Below, one piece after another: positions 29,093-38,339 of a stretch of DNA of 64,000 bases (positions are counted from its first letter, which is position 1; each line of letters begins with the position of its first letter). The translations under genes and the position numbers were made by a program. This DNA comes from an uncultured Ignavibacteria bacterium. Lineage in GTDB: Bacteria; Zixibacteria; MSB-5A5; RBG-16-43-9. The notes below the pieces were generated by a model. The model did no database searches, was not told the origin of the DNA, and was given only the letters and a program-made list of their open reading frames with translations. Where the stretch lies: positions 3,629 through 67,628 of the forward strand of contig CAZMZF010000011.1 in NCBI GenBank assembly GCA_964570765.1. The letters are read 5' to 3'.

Positions 29093-29538
29093 AGTTTTAA
29101 AATCCTCAAGTAGATTAAAACATGCATAATGATATTAGTATAAATCCCGGCTACAACATCATCTAAGGTTACCCCTAAACCACCTTTAAGTTTTTGACAG
29201 GCATTAGCTGGAGGTGGCTTTACAATATCCAATAACCTGAAAATTACAAAAGCTAATATATATAAAAAAGGTCTCTTTGGCAAAAACAAAAAAGAAATTA
29301 ACATCCCACAGCTTTCATCGATTACTATCCTTCGATCATCCTCCCCGAAAAATCTTTCCACCTCAGTTGCAGACCATAAGCTGATAATGAAAACTATAAG
29401 AGTGATCCCGCCTAAAAGATAAAAGTTCTCAGGGATAAAAAACCATACCAGAATAATGGTCAAAAGGCTTCCCCAGGTTCCAGGGAATGGGGGTAAATAT
29501 CCTGTTCCAAAAAGTGTAGCGAAAAGAATCTGGACCAA
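29089..29538 (-). CDS. pgpA: Phosphatidylglycerophosphatase A
   Basis: 'FGTGYLPPFPGTWGSL' is the PgpA signature. Confidence 0.8.
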   Translation of the reverse strand: MVQILFATLFGTGYLPPFPGTWGSLLTIILVWFFIPENFYLLGGITLIVFIISLWSATEVERFFGEDDRRIVIDESCGMLISFLFLPKRPFLYILAFVIFRLLDIVKPPPANACQKLKGGLGVTLDDVVAGIYTNIIMHVLIYLRILKL

Positions 29539-29570
29539 TTGAATTGGTCTTAGAGTGATTTTGTTAGACT

Positions 29571-30158
29571 CTATTTTAACACCCCCTTCAGTAACGGAAT
29601 ATTCTTAATTAAATAATCTATTCCGGTTCCTAAAGTTAAAAGCATACTGATAAAGACTAAAAGGTCAAATATCTTAAAAACCATCGGGCTGGTGAAAATA
29701 CTCCAGTTATACCCTAAGGGAACCAGGGTAGTTTTCAAATTGGTGAAGATTAAGATTATGCTAATAACTAACATCTGAGAGAAGGTCTTCACCTGTGCCA
29801 GAATAGTAGGCATAATCACCATCCCTTTGTAAGCGGCTAAGCTCCGCAGTCCGGTAATAAAAAACTCCCTGACGATTATCACCAAAATCATCCAGGCTTT
29901 AACGTAACCTAAAGCCACAAAAGAGATAAAAGCAGTTGAGACCAGGATTTTATCAGCTAAGGGATCCATAAACTTCCCGAAACCGGTTACCACACCATAT
30001 TTTCTGGCAATATACCCATCATAAAGATCAGTTAATGCCGCAAATAAGAATATAAGAGTGGCAAAATAGCGGGAATAGACATTGTTTACCAGAAAGAAGA
30101 CCATAAAGACCGGGGAAAGCAAAATCCGGGCTAAGGTAAGTTTATTAGGCAAGTTCAT
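29571..30158 (-). CDS. pgsA: CDP-diacylglycerol--glycerol-3-phosphate 3-phosphatidyltransferase
   Basis: CDP-alcohol phosphatidyltransferase motif 'DLYDGYIARK...G...DPLADK'. Confidence 0.85.
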   Translation of the reverse strand: MNLPNKLTLARILLSPVFMVFFLVNNVYSRYFATLIFLFAALTDLYDGYIARKYGVVTGFGKFMDPLADKILVSTAFISFVALGYVKAWMILVIIVREFFITGLRSLAAYKGMVIMPTILAQVKTFSQMLVISIILIFTNLKTTLVPLGYNWSIFTSPMVFKIFDLLVFISMLLTLGTGIDYLIKNIPLLKGVLK

Positions 30159-30464
30159 CTTCCAATCCTTAATGTTCCGTTTTCACAAAGTCATTGCAAG
30201 GAGGTCATTTGACCGACGAAGCAATCCACCTAAAATTAAAAGGATTGCTTAGCTGAATTCCTTCCATCTTAATCAGACTCAAAATCGGCTTCGTAAATTT
30301 AACCTTCTAAAAGTTATCAGTCAATAAAAAACGAATATAGGGGAATAATCCGCTTGAGGTGGATTCTGTCCCTATTATTCTAACGACCTTGGAAGGATTA
30401 CCCTGCAAAAGGATAATGCAGCTGAAAGGTTTCAACCTTCTAAAAAAACTTTACGGGGTTCAAA

Positions 30465-30486
30465 ATTTTGAACCCCTACCATAATG
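30465..30486. terminator. Palindromic hairpin, probable terminator of the PAP2 gene
   Basis: 'ggggttcaaaattttgaacccc' is a perfect palindrome with flanking A/T runs, just 3' of the minus-strand PAP2 gene. Confidence 0.6.
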
Positions 30487-30541
30487 GTGATTTAAAAACT
30501 TTCTCTTCATTTAAATTTCTGGACAGAACAACATCCTGTAC

Positions 30542-31120
30542 CTACGTTTTTTGTTGACCGAAAAGGGTTATACCTGGAAACATTACTTTGACAATTAGCA
30601 ACGCCAGAACCCCCCACAAAATCCCATAAAAAGCCCCGCATAGAACATCAAAAGGATAATGCACTCCCACATAGATGCGGGAGAAAGAAACTAAAAGTGC
30701 AATAGATAGCCAGATAATCCAGACCCTCCTGTAAAAAAAAGTCAGAATTGTACCAGCTCCGAAGATATTAGCCGCATGAGAGGAGGGGAAGGAGCCGGAG
30801 TGGGAACATCCGGTTAAAAGATGAACTTCTGAAAAAACATTGCAGGGTCTGACTCTGCCAATCCAGGATTTGAGCCAGAAATTTACCGTGGCATCAGTTA
30901 TACCCAGGATTATCAAAATTAAAATCGCTACTATTCTGTCTTTTTTCTTTCCAAAGATAAGCATGGCCAGAATAATCAAGAAAAATGGAATTCTCCAGTA
31001 TTTAAACTCAGTTAAAATTGGCATCAAGAAGTCGAAAAAGCCATTTTGTAGTTTCAGGTTGATAAAGAGAAAAAGCTCTTTATCTAGTTTGATTATGAAA
31101 TTTAAAAGTTCAGCAACCAT
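30542..31120 (-). CDS. PAP2-family phosphatase (membrane)
   Basis: The PAP2 motifs 'KSWIGRVRP', 'PSSHA' and 'SRIYVGVHYPFDV' are all present. Confidence 0.7.
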   Translation of the reverse strand: MVAELLNFIIKLDKELFLFINLKLQNGFFDFLMPILTEFKYWRIPFFLIILAMLIFGKKKDRIVAILILIILGITDATVNFWLKSWIGRVRPCNVFSEVHLLTGCSHSGSFPSSHAANIFGAGTILTFFYRRVWIIWLSIALLVSFSRIYVGVHYPFDVLCGAFYGILWGVLALLIVKVMFPGITLFGQQKT

Positions 31121-31169
31121 AATCGTATCGTGGAGTTCGTAGTGCGAGGCCTCAAGGTCTTGAGACTTT

Positions 31170-31250
31170 TAGCCTCGCCTAAGCGACCCTGTCCTACGGT
31201 GGCTACGCCAGACGTAGTCTCCGTTATTAGGAAAAGGGTCGCGCAACGAA
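31170..31250. repeat. Family C hairpin with GTAG-REP (family B) nested in its loop
   Basis: 'tagcctcgcctaagcgaccct[gtcctacggtggctacgccagacgtagtctccgttattaggaaaa]gggtcgcgcaacgaa'. The 4737-4782 copy has only 'gaa' in the loop. Confidence 0.8.
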
Positions 31251-31316
31251 AACTTTCGCTCTCAGTTGGTCTCCAGACCAACTGAGTCACTTCTCGCGGA
31301 CACCTTTCTTTGATTT

Positions 31317-32240
31317 TTAAAAATTCTCCACCTCTTTTAAACTCGGAATTCCTTCTCTGCCACCCAACTTTCTGCATTTTAAAGCAGCGCAGGCAGAGGC
31401 ATACTCGATAATATTTGCCATTTTCCATTTTCTTAATAGTCCGAAAATAAAAGCTCCATGAAAGACATCCCCTGCTCCGGTGGTATCAACCACATCGATT
31501 TTAAATCCCGGGAAATAATTTATCTTATGGGAGTCTGTCCATAAACATCCTTTTTCGGACAAAGTGATAACCACACATTTGAATCCAATCTTTTTCAACT
31601 CTAAACAGGCCTGGCTTAAATCTTTGAGCTTAGTATAATCATAAGCGAATTTTTTAGAGACAACTAAATAATCCACATAAGGGAAAAGGTTTTCGATATT
31701 TTCTCTTAAACTTCCCAAATCCAAAACCACCTCTGAACCATCCTTTTTCGCCTTTTTAGCTAAGTAGATATTGGCCTCAATATCTCTGCTATCTAAGTGC
31801 AGATACCTGAACGAAACCTTTTTCAAAAAGGAAAGCTCTTCAGGTGTAATCGGTCTCATCTTTGTTCTATCCAAAGCTACAGTCCTTTTGCCACTATTTT
31901 TGTCCACCCAGATGAAAGCCTTTAAGCTTTTTACTTTTTTATCAATGATTAAGTAATCTGTATTGATTTTAAACTTTTCCAACTCAGAACGGATGAGTTT
32001 ACCTTCGTAATCATCTCCGACCTTACCCACGAAAGCCACCTTTGCACCTAACTTTGACAGAATTGCCATAGCTGTAGGAACTGGACCACCTCCCTGGATT
32101 GAAGAGGCTATAATATCTACTTTCTCGTCTAATCCCGGATAAGGGTCTAAAATCGAAAGGTAATCTAAGGCACAGATTCCCACGCCCAGGCAGTCCCATA
32201 AGGGATCTGCAGGATCAAAATCAAACTTTTTCAAACTCAA
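31317..32240 (-). CDS. PfkB-family carbohydrate kinase
   Basis: 'DTTGAGDVFHGAF' is the PfkB motif 2, with a ribokinase-like fold. Confidence 0.75.
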   Translation of the reverse strand: MSLKKFDFDPADPLWDCLGVGICALDYLSILDPYPGLDEKVDIIASSIQGGGPVPTAMAILSKLGAKVAFVGKVGDDYEGKLIRSELEKFKINTDYLIIDKKVKSLKAFIWVDKNSGKRTVALDRTKMRPITPEELSFLKKVSFRYLHLDSRDIEANIYLAKKAKKDGSEVVLDLGSLRENIENLFPYVDYLVVSKKFAYDYTKLKDLSQACLELKKIGFKCVVITLSEKGCLWTDSHKINYFPGFKIDVVDTTGAGDVFHGAFIFGLLRKWKMANIIEYASACAALKCRKLGGREGIPSLKEVENF

Positions 32241-32859
32241 TCTCTCCTCTGGTATTGTCCTTTAATTCATCTTGTAGTCTTGAAAAGACTCCTTTATTAA
32301 AATCTATTTCCATTCTTACTCTGTCTCCAAAAGCTAATTTTTTGACTTTGACTTTTTCTCTATTTAAAATTTTTTGAACCTGGTCAAAATATTCTTTTGG
32401 GAAAATTAGGGTGAGTCTTTCTCTATTTTCTTTTTTAACCTGAATACAGCTTTTTAAAACTTTTAAGGTGCTTTCATAATATGCTTTAGAAAGACCGCCG
32501 GTGCCTAATTTGACTCCACCAAAATAACGGGTGACTATTACTAAAATATCTTTCAAATTCTGAGACCTTATTGCCGATAGGATTTGCCTTCCAGCAGTTC
32601 CAGAAGGTTCACGGTCATCGCTGGATTTTGAAATCTCTCCTTCTGAAATGACATAGGCATAGGGATTATGAGTAGCATCGTAAAATTCTTTTTTTATCTT
32701 TTCAAGAAAGACCTTAGCTTCTTTTTCTGAATTTACTGGTAGGGCAGTGGCAATAAATTTAGAGCCCTTAATTAACAGTTTATCTCTTCTAGATTCCTTG
32801 ATACTAAGATATTCATTCTGCATTTGGATCTGTAAGACCTGATTTTTTATTCCCCCCAA
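32221..32859 (-). CDS. YigZ/IMPACT-family protein
   Basis: 'REPSGTAG' and 'VIVTRYFGGVKLG' are UPF0029 signatures. Confidence 0.75.
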   Translation of the reverse strand: MGGIKNQVLQIQMQNEYLSIKESRRDKLLIKGSKFIATALPVNSEKEAKVFLEKIKKEFYDATHNPYAYVISEGEISKSSDDREPSGTAGRQILSAIRSQNLKDILVIVTRYFGGVKLGTGGLSKAYYESTLKVLKSCIQVKKENRERLTLIFPKEYFDQVQKILNREKVKVKKLAFGDRVRMEIDFNKGVFSRLQDELKDNTRGEIEFEKV

Positions 32860-33089
32860 TTTTTTTTCTCCACATACTGCTGAATTAACCTTTTAAGTCT
32901 GTTACCATAGATTAAATCGAATTTCTCCATATCATCTGGTATTAGAGATTCTGCTTTTAACCTGACCAGAGCCGCTTCCTTTTTAGCCTCCCCTAAAGTC
33001 AACTCTCCACTTTTGATTTTTTCACAGGCTTGATCCACGATCTTTTTAAGTTTTTTTAACTTCTCCTCAGAATTAAGATATTCTTTCAT
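32847..33089 (-). CDS. Hypothetical small protein
   Basis: An 80-aa ORF translationally coupled (ATGA overlaps) between dprA and the yigZ-like gene. Confidence 0.35.
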   Translation of the reverse strand: MKEYLNSEEKLKKLKKIVDQACEKIKSGELTLGEAKKEAALVRLKAESLIPDDMEKFDLIYGNRLKRLIQQYVEKKNWGE

Positions 33090-33955
33090 AGATATTTCGA
33101 AACTAAATCTAAATCCCCGGACCCATTAATCGGGATAGCACCAATCCTGACCAGTTCATCTAAGTTTTTGCTCTCCTCTCTCATAACCGCAAAAAGAGGC
33201 TTCCCCTGGTCAATAGCTTTTTTAGCCGTATCCATTGTGCCTGAGGTATTATCTTCAGTTTCCACCACTATCACAGCTTGAGAAAGACCTACAACTATTC
33301 GGTTTCTTGCCATAAGCTGACCCACATTCACCCTGGCATTCAGAGGATATTCAGTTATAAGAGCACCATTCTTGCTAATCTCAACTGAGAGGTTAAGATT
33401 TTCTTTAGGATAGATATTATTCAAACCAAAACCTAAGACCGCATAGGTTTTTCCTTTTTTAGCGATTGCTCCCATATGTGCGCCAGTATCAATTCCCCGG
33501 GCTAAACCACTTACTACTACACCATTTTTTTCTGCCAACTTTTTCCCGATCTCAGTTGCATCTTTAATGCCTTCATAGGTAGCATTATGTGTGCCAACTA
33601 CTGCTACGAATACAGTATCAGATAACGGGAATTCACCTTTAAAATAAAGCAAAGGGGGCGGATCATCAATCTCTCTTAAGCTTTGTGGGAATTCCTCGTC
33701 TAATATGGTCTTGATCCCGATACCCTGTTCCTCCAAGAAAGATATATGCTCTTCGATTTCAGCAAATTTCTCCTGAGAATCAAATATCTCCTTAGCCTTC
33801 TCTGGACTCATTCTGGGAAGTTTAGAAATCTGTTCTAAGGTAGCTTTGAAGATATTCTCCGGAGAGCCAAAAGCAAAAAGGAGCTGTTGAAATCTTTTAG
33901 GTCCAATTTTCGCCACTTTTCTTAAAGCTATGATGTATTTTCGATAGTCCAACAC
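33086..33955 (-). CDS. dprA: DNA-processing protein DprA
   Basis: 'VVSGLARGIDTGAHMGAI' is the Rossmann-fold DprA core. Confidence 0.75.
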   Translation of the reverse strand: MLDYRKYIIALRKVAKIGPKRFQQLLFAFGSPENIFKATLEQISKLPRMSPEKAKEIFDSQEKFAEIEEHISFLEEQGIGIKTILDEEFPQSLREIDDPPPLLYFKGEFPLSDTVFVAVVGTHNATYEGIKDATEIGKKLAEKNGVVVSGLARGIDTGAHMGAIAKKGKTYAVLGFGLNNIYPKENLNLSVEISKNGALITEYPLNARVNVGQLMARNRIVVGLSQAVIVVETEDNTSGTMDTAKKAIDQGKPLFAVMREESKNLDELVRIGAIPINGSGDLDLVSKYL

Positions 33956-33998
33956 TTCATATCCTTTTAACTAATATACATTATTTTTTAAATCAAAA

Positions 33999-34076
33999 AA
34001 GTAAATTTTGGAGTATAAACCTTTAAGTTTATCAGAATGAATCTTCTGTTAATGGATTAAAGTAAAGCTAAAGCTT
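33999..34076. repeat. MITE-like element family A
   Basis: 'tggagtataaaccttt...aaagtaaagctaaagctttacactccag'. Its termini match those of 25388-25442. Confidence 0.8.
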
Positions 34077-34086
34077 TACACTCCAG

Positions 34087-35196
34087 TCATTCTTCCCAGG
34101 AGTTATAATTTTTCGGAGATCCCTCAGGAAATTGTATAAATCCTCTTCCCTCGAAAAAAATAAGCTCCATTCCGAAGATGGATGAATCGAAATTTAATCT
34201 ATTCAATATCTCCTGAGCCATCTTCCCTTCAGCCACCTTAGGAGATCGGAGGAAGGTTACCAGCTCAATCGGAATTATCTCCGCTTGAAGAAGATTTTTA
34301 CCCCGCAGGGTAATTTTTAACATAATGCTCTGGTTATTCTTTAAGTCTTTCTGGTCAAATACAAAATTTCCCAGGCTATAGGCGATTAGTTTTCCTTTAT
34401 ATAATTCTATCCCCTGAAACGTATGAGGATGATGTCCCACCACAATATCTGCACCGCAGTCAATTACCATACGGGCTAAGCTTTTCTGATATTCTGAGGG
34501 GAAATCTTCATATTCAATCCCCCAGTGAAAAGAGACTACAACCAAATTCACATCCTTTTTCGCTTTTTCTATATCTTCTATTATCCAGGAAGATTTAATT
34601 TTTGCAACTCCAGGACTATCTTTTCCTGCATAGACAGCACCAGGAGATAAATCGTAACCCAGGAAAGCAATCTTAAGATCACCTAAATCAAAGATAGCAG
34701 GTTTTCTGGCTTCTCTTATATTTTCCCCTGCACCGATAATCTGGAAATTATTTTGTTCTAAAAGTTTGAGTGTCTCCTCAAAAGCCTTTCTGCCATAATC
34801 ATAAGAATGGTTATTAGCCAAGTTGAGCACATCAAATCCAGCATATTTTAATCCTTTTATCGACTCAGGGTTCCCCCGGAAAGCATAGATCTGGTCTCCT
34901 TTCATCCCTCTTTTGGAAATAGGAGATTCCAGATTTCCGAAAGTAATCTCTGCAGAATTGGTTATATTAGCGATATTTTTAAAAGGATAAAGGTATCCTT
35001 CTTTTTTCATATACAAATCTACACCCCGGGAAAGCATAATATCACCAGTGAAAATTAAACTGTGTTCTCTGGGAAAAAAGATATTTTCCTGCCCGGAAGA
35101 ATTTTCTATCTGGGGGTTGAAAGGTGATAGAAAAAAGAGTAAGAGGAAAAAAGAGAGAAGAAAGAACTTTTTAAACGGATGTTTTGTAGAAGCCAT
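34087..35196 (-). CDS. CapA-family (PGA-synthesis-type) metallophosphatase
   Basis: It has a signal peptide and calcineurin-like motifs ('GNLE', 'NNHSYD', 'VVGHHPH'). Confidence 0.75.
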   Translation of the reverse strand: MASTKHPFKKFFLLSFFLLLFFLSPFNPQIENSSGQENIFFPREHSLIFTGDIMLSRGVDLYMKKEGYLYPFKNIANITNSAEITFGNLESPISKRGMKGDQIYAFRGNPESIKGLKYAGFDVLNLANNHSYDYGRKAFEETLKLLEQNNFQIIGAGENIREARKPAIFDLGDLKIAFLGYDLSPGAVYAGKDSPGVAKIKSSWIIEDIEKAKKDVNLVVVSFHWGIEYEDFPSEYQKSLARMVIDCGADIVVGHHPHTFQGIELYKGKLIAYSLGNFVFDQKDLKNNQSIMLKITLRGKNLLQAEIIPIELVTFLRSPKVAEGKMAQEILNRLNFDSSIFGMELIFFEGRGFIQFPEGSPKNYNSWEE

Positions 35197-35215
35197 TCTC
35201 GGGAGAAATATTATG

Positions 35216-35396
35216 TAGGGACAGGGCTTGTCCCTGTCCTAATGCTAATAAGGACAGCCACACGCTTCGACGATTCGACAAGCTCATCGTCCCGAGCAAA
35301 GTCGAGGGACAAGCTCCCTTCGATCTTACTCAGGGACAGTGAGAGGAATCGAACTGTCACCGTCCTGAGCAGGGTCGAAGGAAGGGCTGTCCCTAC
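35216..35396. repeat. BIME-like unit: GTAG-REP, internal family H repeats, inverted REP
   Basis: 'gtagggacagggcttgtccctgtcc' at the 5' end and 'gggctgtccctac' at the 3' end lie in inverted orientation. Between them are 'catcgtcccgagcaaagtcgaggga' and 'caccgtcctgagcagggtcgaagga'. The latter is also found at 1261-1290. Confidence 0.7.
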
Positions 35397-35446
35397 ATTT
35401 TTTTCTATGTTTTTAAACAATTCCAAACATTAACCTAAGAATATTT

Positions 35447-36694
35447 CTATTCTACAGAGGCAAAGAAAAGTCTGCCGGTTAGAAGCTCTAAAGCATAAAG
35501 GAGATTTTCGCTTTTGGTTTTGAAATCAGATAGGTAGATTTCTTTAACCGGCTCGGCTGAAGGGAAGTTCATCTTCAAAGGATTCACATACCTTCCGCCC
35601 ATTTTACATCTATAATCTAAATGAGGACCTGTAGCCAGACCAGTTGCCCCCACCCTGCCGATCATCTCTCCCTGGTTAACCCTTTCCCCTTTTCTTATCC
35701 CATCTGTAAAAGCGGAAAGGTGCCCGTAGGAAGTTATCAGCCCGTTGGAGTGCTTTATCTCCACGGTATTACCCAGACCTTTTTTCCAGCCGGCGAAGAT
35801 TACTATTCCATGTGAAGATGATACCACTGGAGTCCCATAGGGTGCGGAATAATCTACCCCGTAATGGGGTTTGTAGGTCTTAAACACTGGATGAAACCGG
35901 GAAAAAGAAAATCTTGACGAAATCCTCCGGTAATTCAAAGGGGATTTTAAGAAGGCTTTTCGCAAAGACTTGCCTGAAGGGTCGTAATAATCTTTATGTC
36001 CGGAATTATCCTGGTATAATACGGCATTATATTTTGTTCCGGAAGCCTCATACTCAGCCGCCAGGATCTCACCATAACTTACAAATTTTCCCTCCCTCTC
36101 AAATACTTCATAAATTAATTTAAAACTGTCCCCTTTTTTGGGCTCGTTCAAAAAGTCTATCTGCCAGGCAAAGATATCGGAGAATTTCATTATTAACTCT
36201 GGACTTTCTCCTTTATCTTTTATCTCCTCCCACAGGGAATTTTCTATCTTCCCTTCTAACCCTTTCACCATTCGGGTGAGTTTAACTGGCACAGAATAGG
36301 CAACTAAGTCTCCTTCTTTATTTACAACCTTATATTTCTCCAGAAACCCCTTATGGTATTCGAAAGAGAGAAGGGAGTGGTCTGCAGTAGCTAAGAGGGT
36401 GAAAAAATCTCCGGGCTTACACTTCCTTAGATCCAGAACTTTTGAAAGAGATTGGGTCAGATCAAAAATTAATTCTGAGGGAAGACCTTTCTTAAAAAGG
36501 GAAAGGGCTAAAGTTTGATTCTTTTCGATTGTCCCGGAAGTTATACATCCCAAGGTAAGGTCTGAAGAAAAAACTTTCTTCTCTTCTGCTGTGGGGAGCA
36601 CGCAGGACTTAGTGAAAAAAAGATTTAAAAGATAAAATAGCCCTGCTGATAAAACTAAACTTCTTATAATTTTTATGACCCTTTTCAAAACCAC
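35447..36694 (-). CDS. M23-family peptidoglycan metalloendopeptidase
   Basis: 'HYGVDYSAPYGTPV' and 'SYGHL' are the LytM/M23 motifs. Confidence 0.8.
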   Translation of the reverse strand: MVLKRVIKIIRSLVLSAGLFYLLNLFFTKSCVLPTAEEKKVFSSDLTLGCITSGTIEKNQTLALSLFKKGLPSELIFDLTQSLSKVLDLRKCKPGDFFTLLATADHSLLSFEYHKGFLEKYKVVNKEGDLVAYSVPVKLTRMVKGLEGKIENSLWEEIKDKGESPELIMKFSDIFAWQIDFLNEPKKGDSFKLIYEVFEREGKFVSYGEILAAEYEASGTKYNAVLYQDNSGHKDYYDPSGKSLRKAFLKSPLNYRRISSRFSFSRFHPVFKTYKPHYGVDYSAPYGTPVVSSSHGIVIFAGWKKGLGNTVEIKHSNGLITSYGHLSAFTDGIRKGERVNQGEMIGRVGATGLATGPHLDYRCKMGGRYVNPLKMNFPSAEPVKEIYLSDFKTKSENLLYALELLTGRLFFASVE

Positions 36695-36724
36695 TCCTTT
36701 TATCCTATGGATCCGCTTTCGGAT

Positions 36725-38221
36725 TTAAAAAACCTCTGCAGAGAATATATAGATTTCCGTATCTTTATCCTTCCAGCAATCTTTATTGTAAATACCAGCC
36801 TTGAAGCAGGTCTGTTCCAGAAAAGTTTTTCGGTCCCAGTTATTTTCCGTGGCAACCTGGGGCAAAAGCAAGCCGGAATTATATCCATTCCGAATCAGAA
36901 TCCCATGTGTTCCTACTTGAATTTGATTCACATCCGTTATCTTTTTCAAAGGGGTTAAGGCCGAGATCTCTATCTCTAAGTCTTTTAACTCTTCTTTGGT
37001 AACCGGAGAAAACCTTGGGTCACTCAAAGCTGCGGCTTCTGCCATCTCCTGAACTGTTTGATAAAGTGGCTTGATCGCCTGAATATATCCGATACATCCC
37101 CGGAGCATCCCCTGTTTTTTTATGGTTACAAAAGCGCCACGATTTTCCTTGAGTATTTGTGAGGTTACATTATAATCAGGGCATTTTACACCCTTAACCT
37201 TGCACTCTATAGTTTCCCTGGCAATCTTTAGTAGAAGAGCCTTATCCTTAGCTGAAAGTTCTGATTCTGCCCCTTTCTTTTCTTCATTTTCTTTTTCATC
37301 TTTGTTTTTTGAAGAACTGCCTGGATTTTTCCTGGTGTCGACTTTGACCTTGGGGCTGTAAAAAACTGCTGACATATAGCCTACCACTTGAGATTTATCT
37401 CCGGTTACATCCCCAGAGTTAGCATATTTGACCACTTTTGATTGGTCAGCTCCTAATTCCTTAGCTGCGATTATAGTCGCTATAATAGGACCTCCGCCAC
37501 AGGCTTCACACCGGTCAGAAGAGAGGTCTTCAAAAAGTGCCTCTGGATTAAAGGAGTTCACATCTTTTATGACCACACTGTCTAATTTAACTGCCTCTGC
37601 ATAAGGATGAAAATGTGAAAGGTCCGAGCTGGCAACGATTAAAGCATCTTTATCTTTCAAAACTTTACCCAGAGCTTTTCCTAACGCTTCATAGGTTTCA
37701 TAGCTATCATCGGGCCCAAGGACTATGGGGATAAGATTAAACTTCCCCAGGACAACCTGCAAAAAGGGCAACTGAACCTCTAAGGAATGCTCTGCTCTTG
37801 TCCCGGAGGAGGTATGCCCTACATCTGAGAGATGAATCCTATTGTCCATTTTAGAAAGCTCCAACGCTAACTCCTTATCCACTGAGATTGTTCCTAAAGG
37901 GGTCTGGTAAGCTTTTCCGTTATAGACTGAAGCGCCTTGAAAGTAAGCCGCATGGGAAGGGGAGATGACAACTACCGTCCGATATTTTAAACCTTCTAAA
38001 GTTTTATAGCCATAGGCTGCTACCTGCCCGGAATAAAAATACCCGGCGTGAGGTGAGATCAAGGCAACTATTTTTCCGGGGATCTCTTCTATCTTTGCCT
38101 TGTTATAGAAATCGGCAATTTCTTTAGTTAACTTTACAGGGTCTGAGGTATAAAAACCTCTTATTGGATCTGCATAGGCAGGTTTCCTTATCTCCTCAGT
38201 CTGAACTCCTTCTTTTTTCAT
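36725..38221 (-). CDS. Fused MEMO1-family (AmmeMemoRadiSam system protein B) and AMMECR1 (protein A) protein
   Basis: The N-terminal half has 'ISPHAGYFYSGQVAAYGY' (MEMO1/UPF0103) and the C-terminal half has 'LRGCIGYIQAIKPLYQ' (AMMECR1), joined by a K/E/S-rich linker. The start is placed at 38221 ('MKKEGVQ', GGAGGG RBS 8 nt upstream). The 5' extension to 38323 has no RBS. Confidence 0.7.
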   Translation of the reverse strand: MKKEGVQTEEIRKPAYADPIRGFYTSDPVKLTKEIADFYNKAKIEEIPGKIVALISPHAGYFYSGQVAAYGYKTLEGLKYRTVVVISPSHAAYFQGASVYNGKAYQTPLGTISVDKELALELSKMDNRIHLSDVGHTSSGTRAEHSLEVQLPFLQVVLGKFNLIPIVLGPDDSYETYEALGKALGKVLKDKDALIVASSDLSHFHPYAEAVKLDSVVIKDVNSFNPEALFEDLSSDRCEACGGGPIIATIIAAKELGADQSKVVKYANSGDVTGDKSQVVGYMSAVFYSPKVKVDTRKNPGSSSKNKDEKENEEKKGAESELSAKDKALLLKIARETIECKVKGVKCPDYNVTSQILKENRGAFVTIKKQGMLRGCIGYIQAIKPLYQTVQEMAEAAALSDPRFSPVTKEELKDLEIEISALTPLKKITDVNQIQVGTHGILIRNGYNSGLLLPQVATENNWDRKTFLEQTCFKAGIYNKDCWKDKDTEIYIFSAEVF

Positions 38222-38339
38222 ATTATTACCCTCCGCCTTAAGGTTAGAGAAATCCTTAAAGCAAAACAAAAAAATAAAGAAAATTGAAAAAACGCAAAAG
38301 AATTTTTTAAAATATGATTTCATCTAAATCCCATTTATT

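Noticed and set aside
36725-38323. Apparent N-terminal signal peptide on the MEMO1-AMMECR1 fusion, which would imply a secreted protein
   Set aside because: The hydrophobic segment comes from the upstream in-frame extension, which has no ribosome-binding site. The internal ATG at 38221 has a GGAGGG RBS 8 nt upstream and begins at the conserved MEMO1 N-terminus, so the protein is most likely cytoplasmic.
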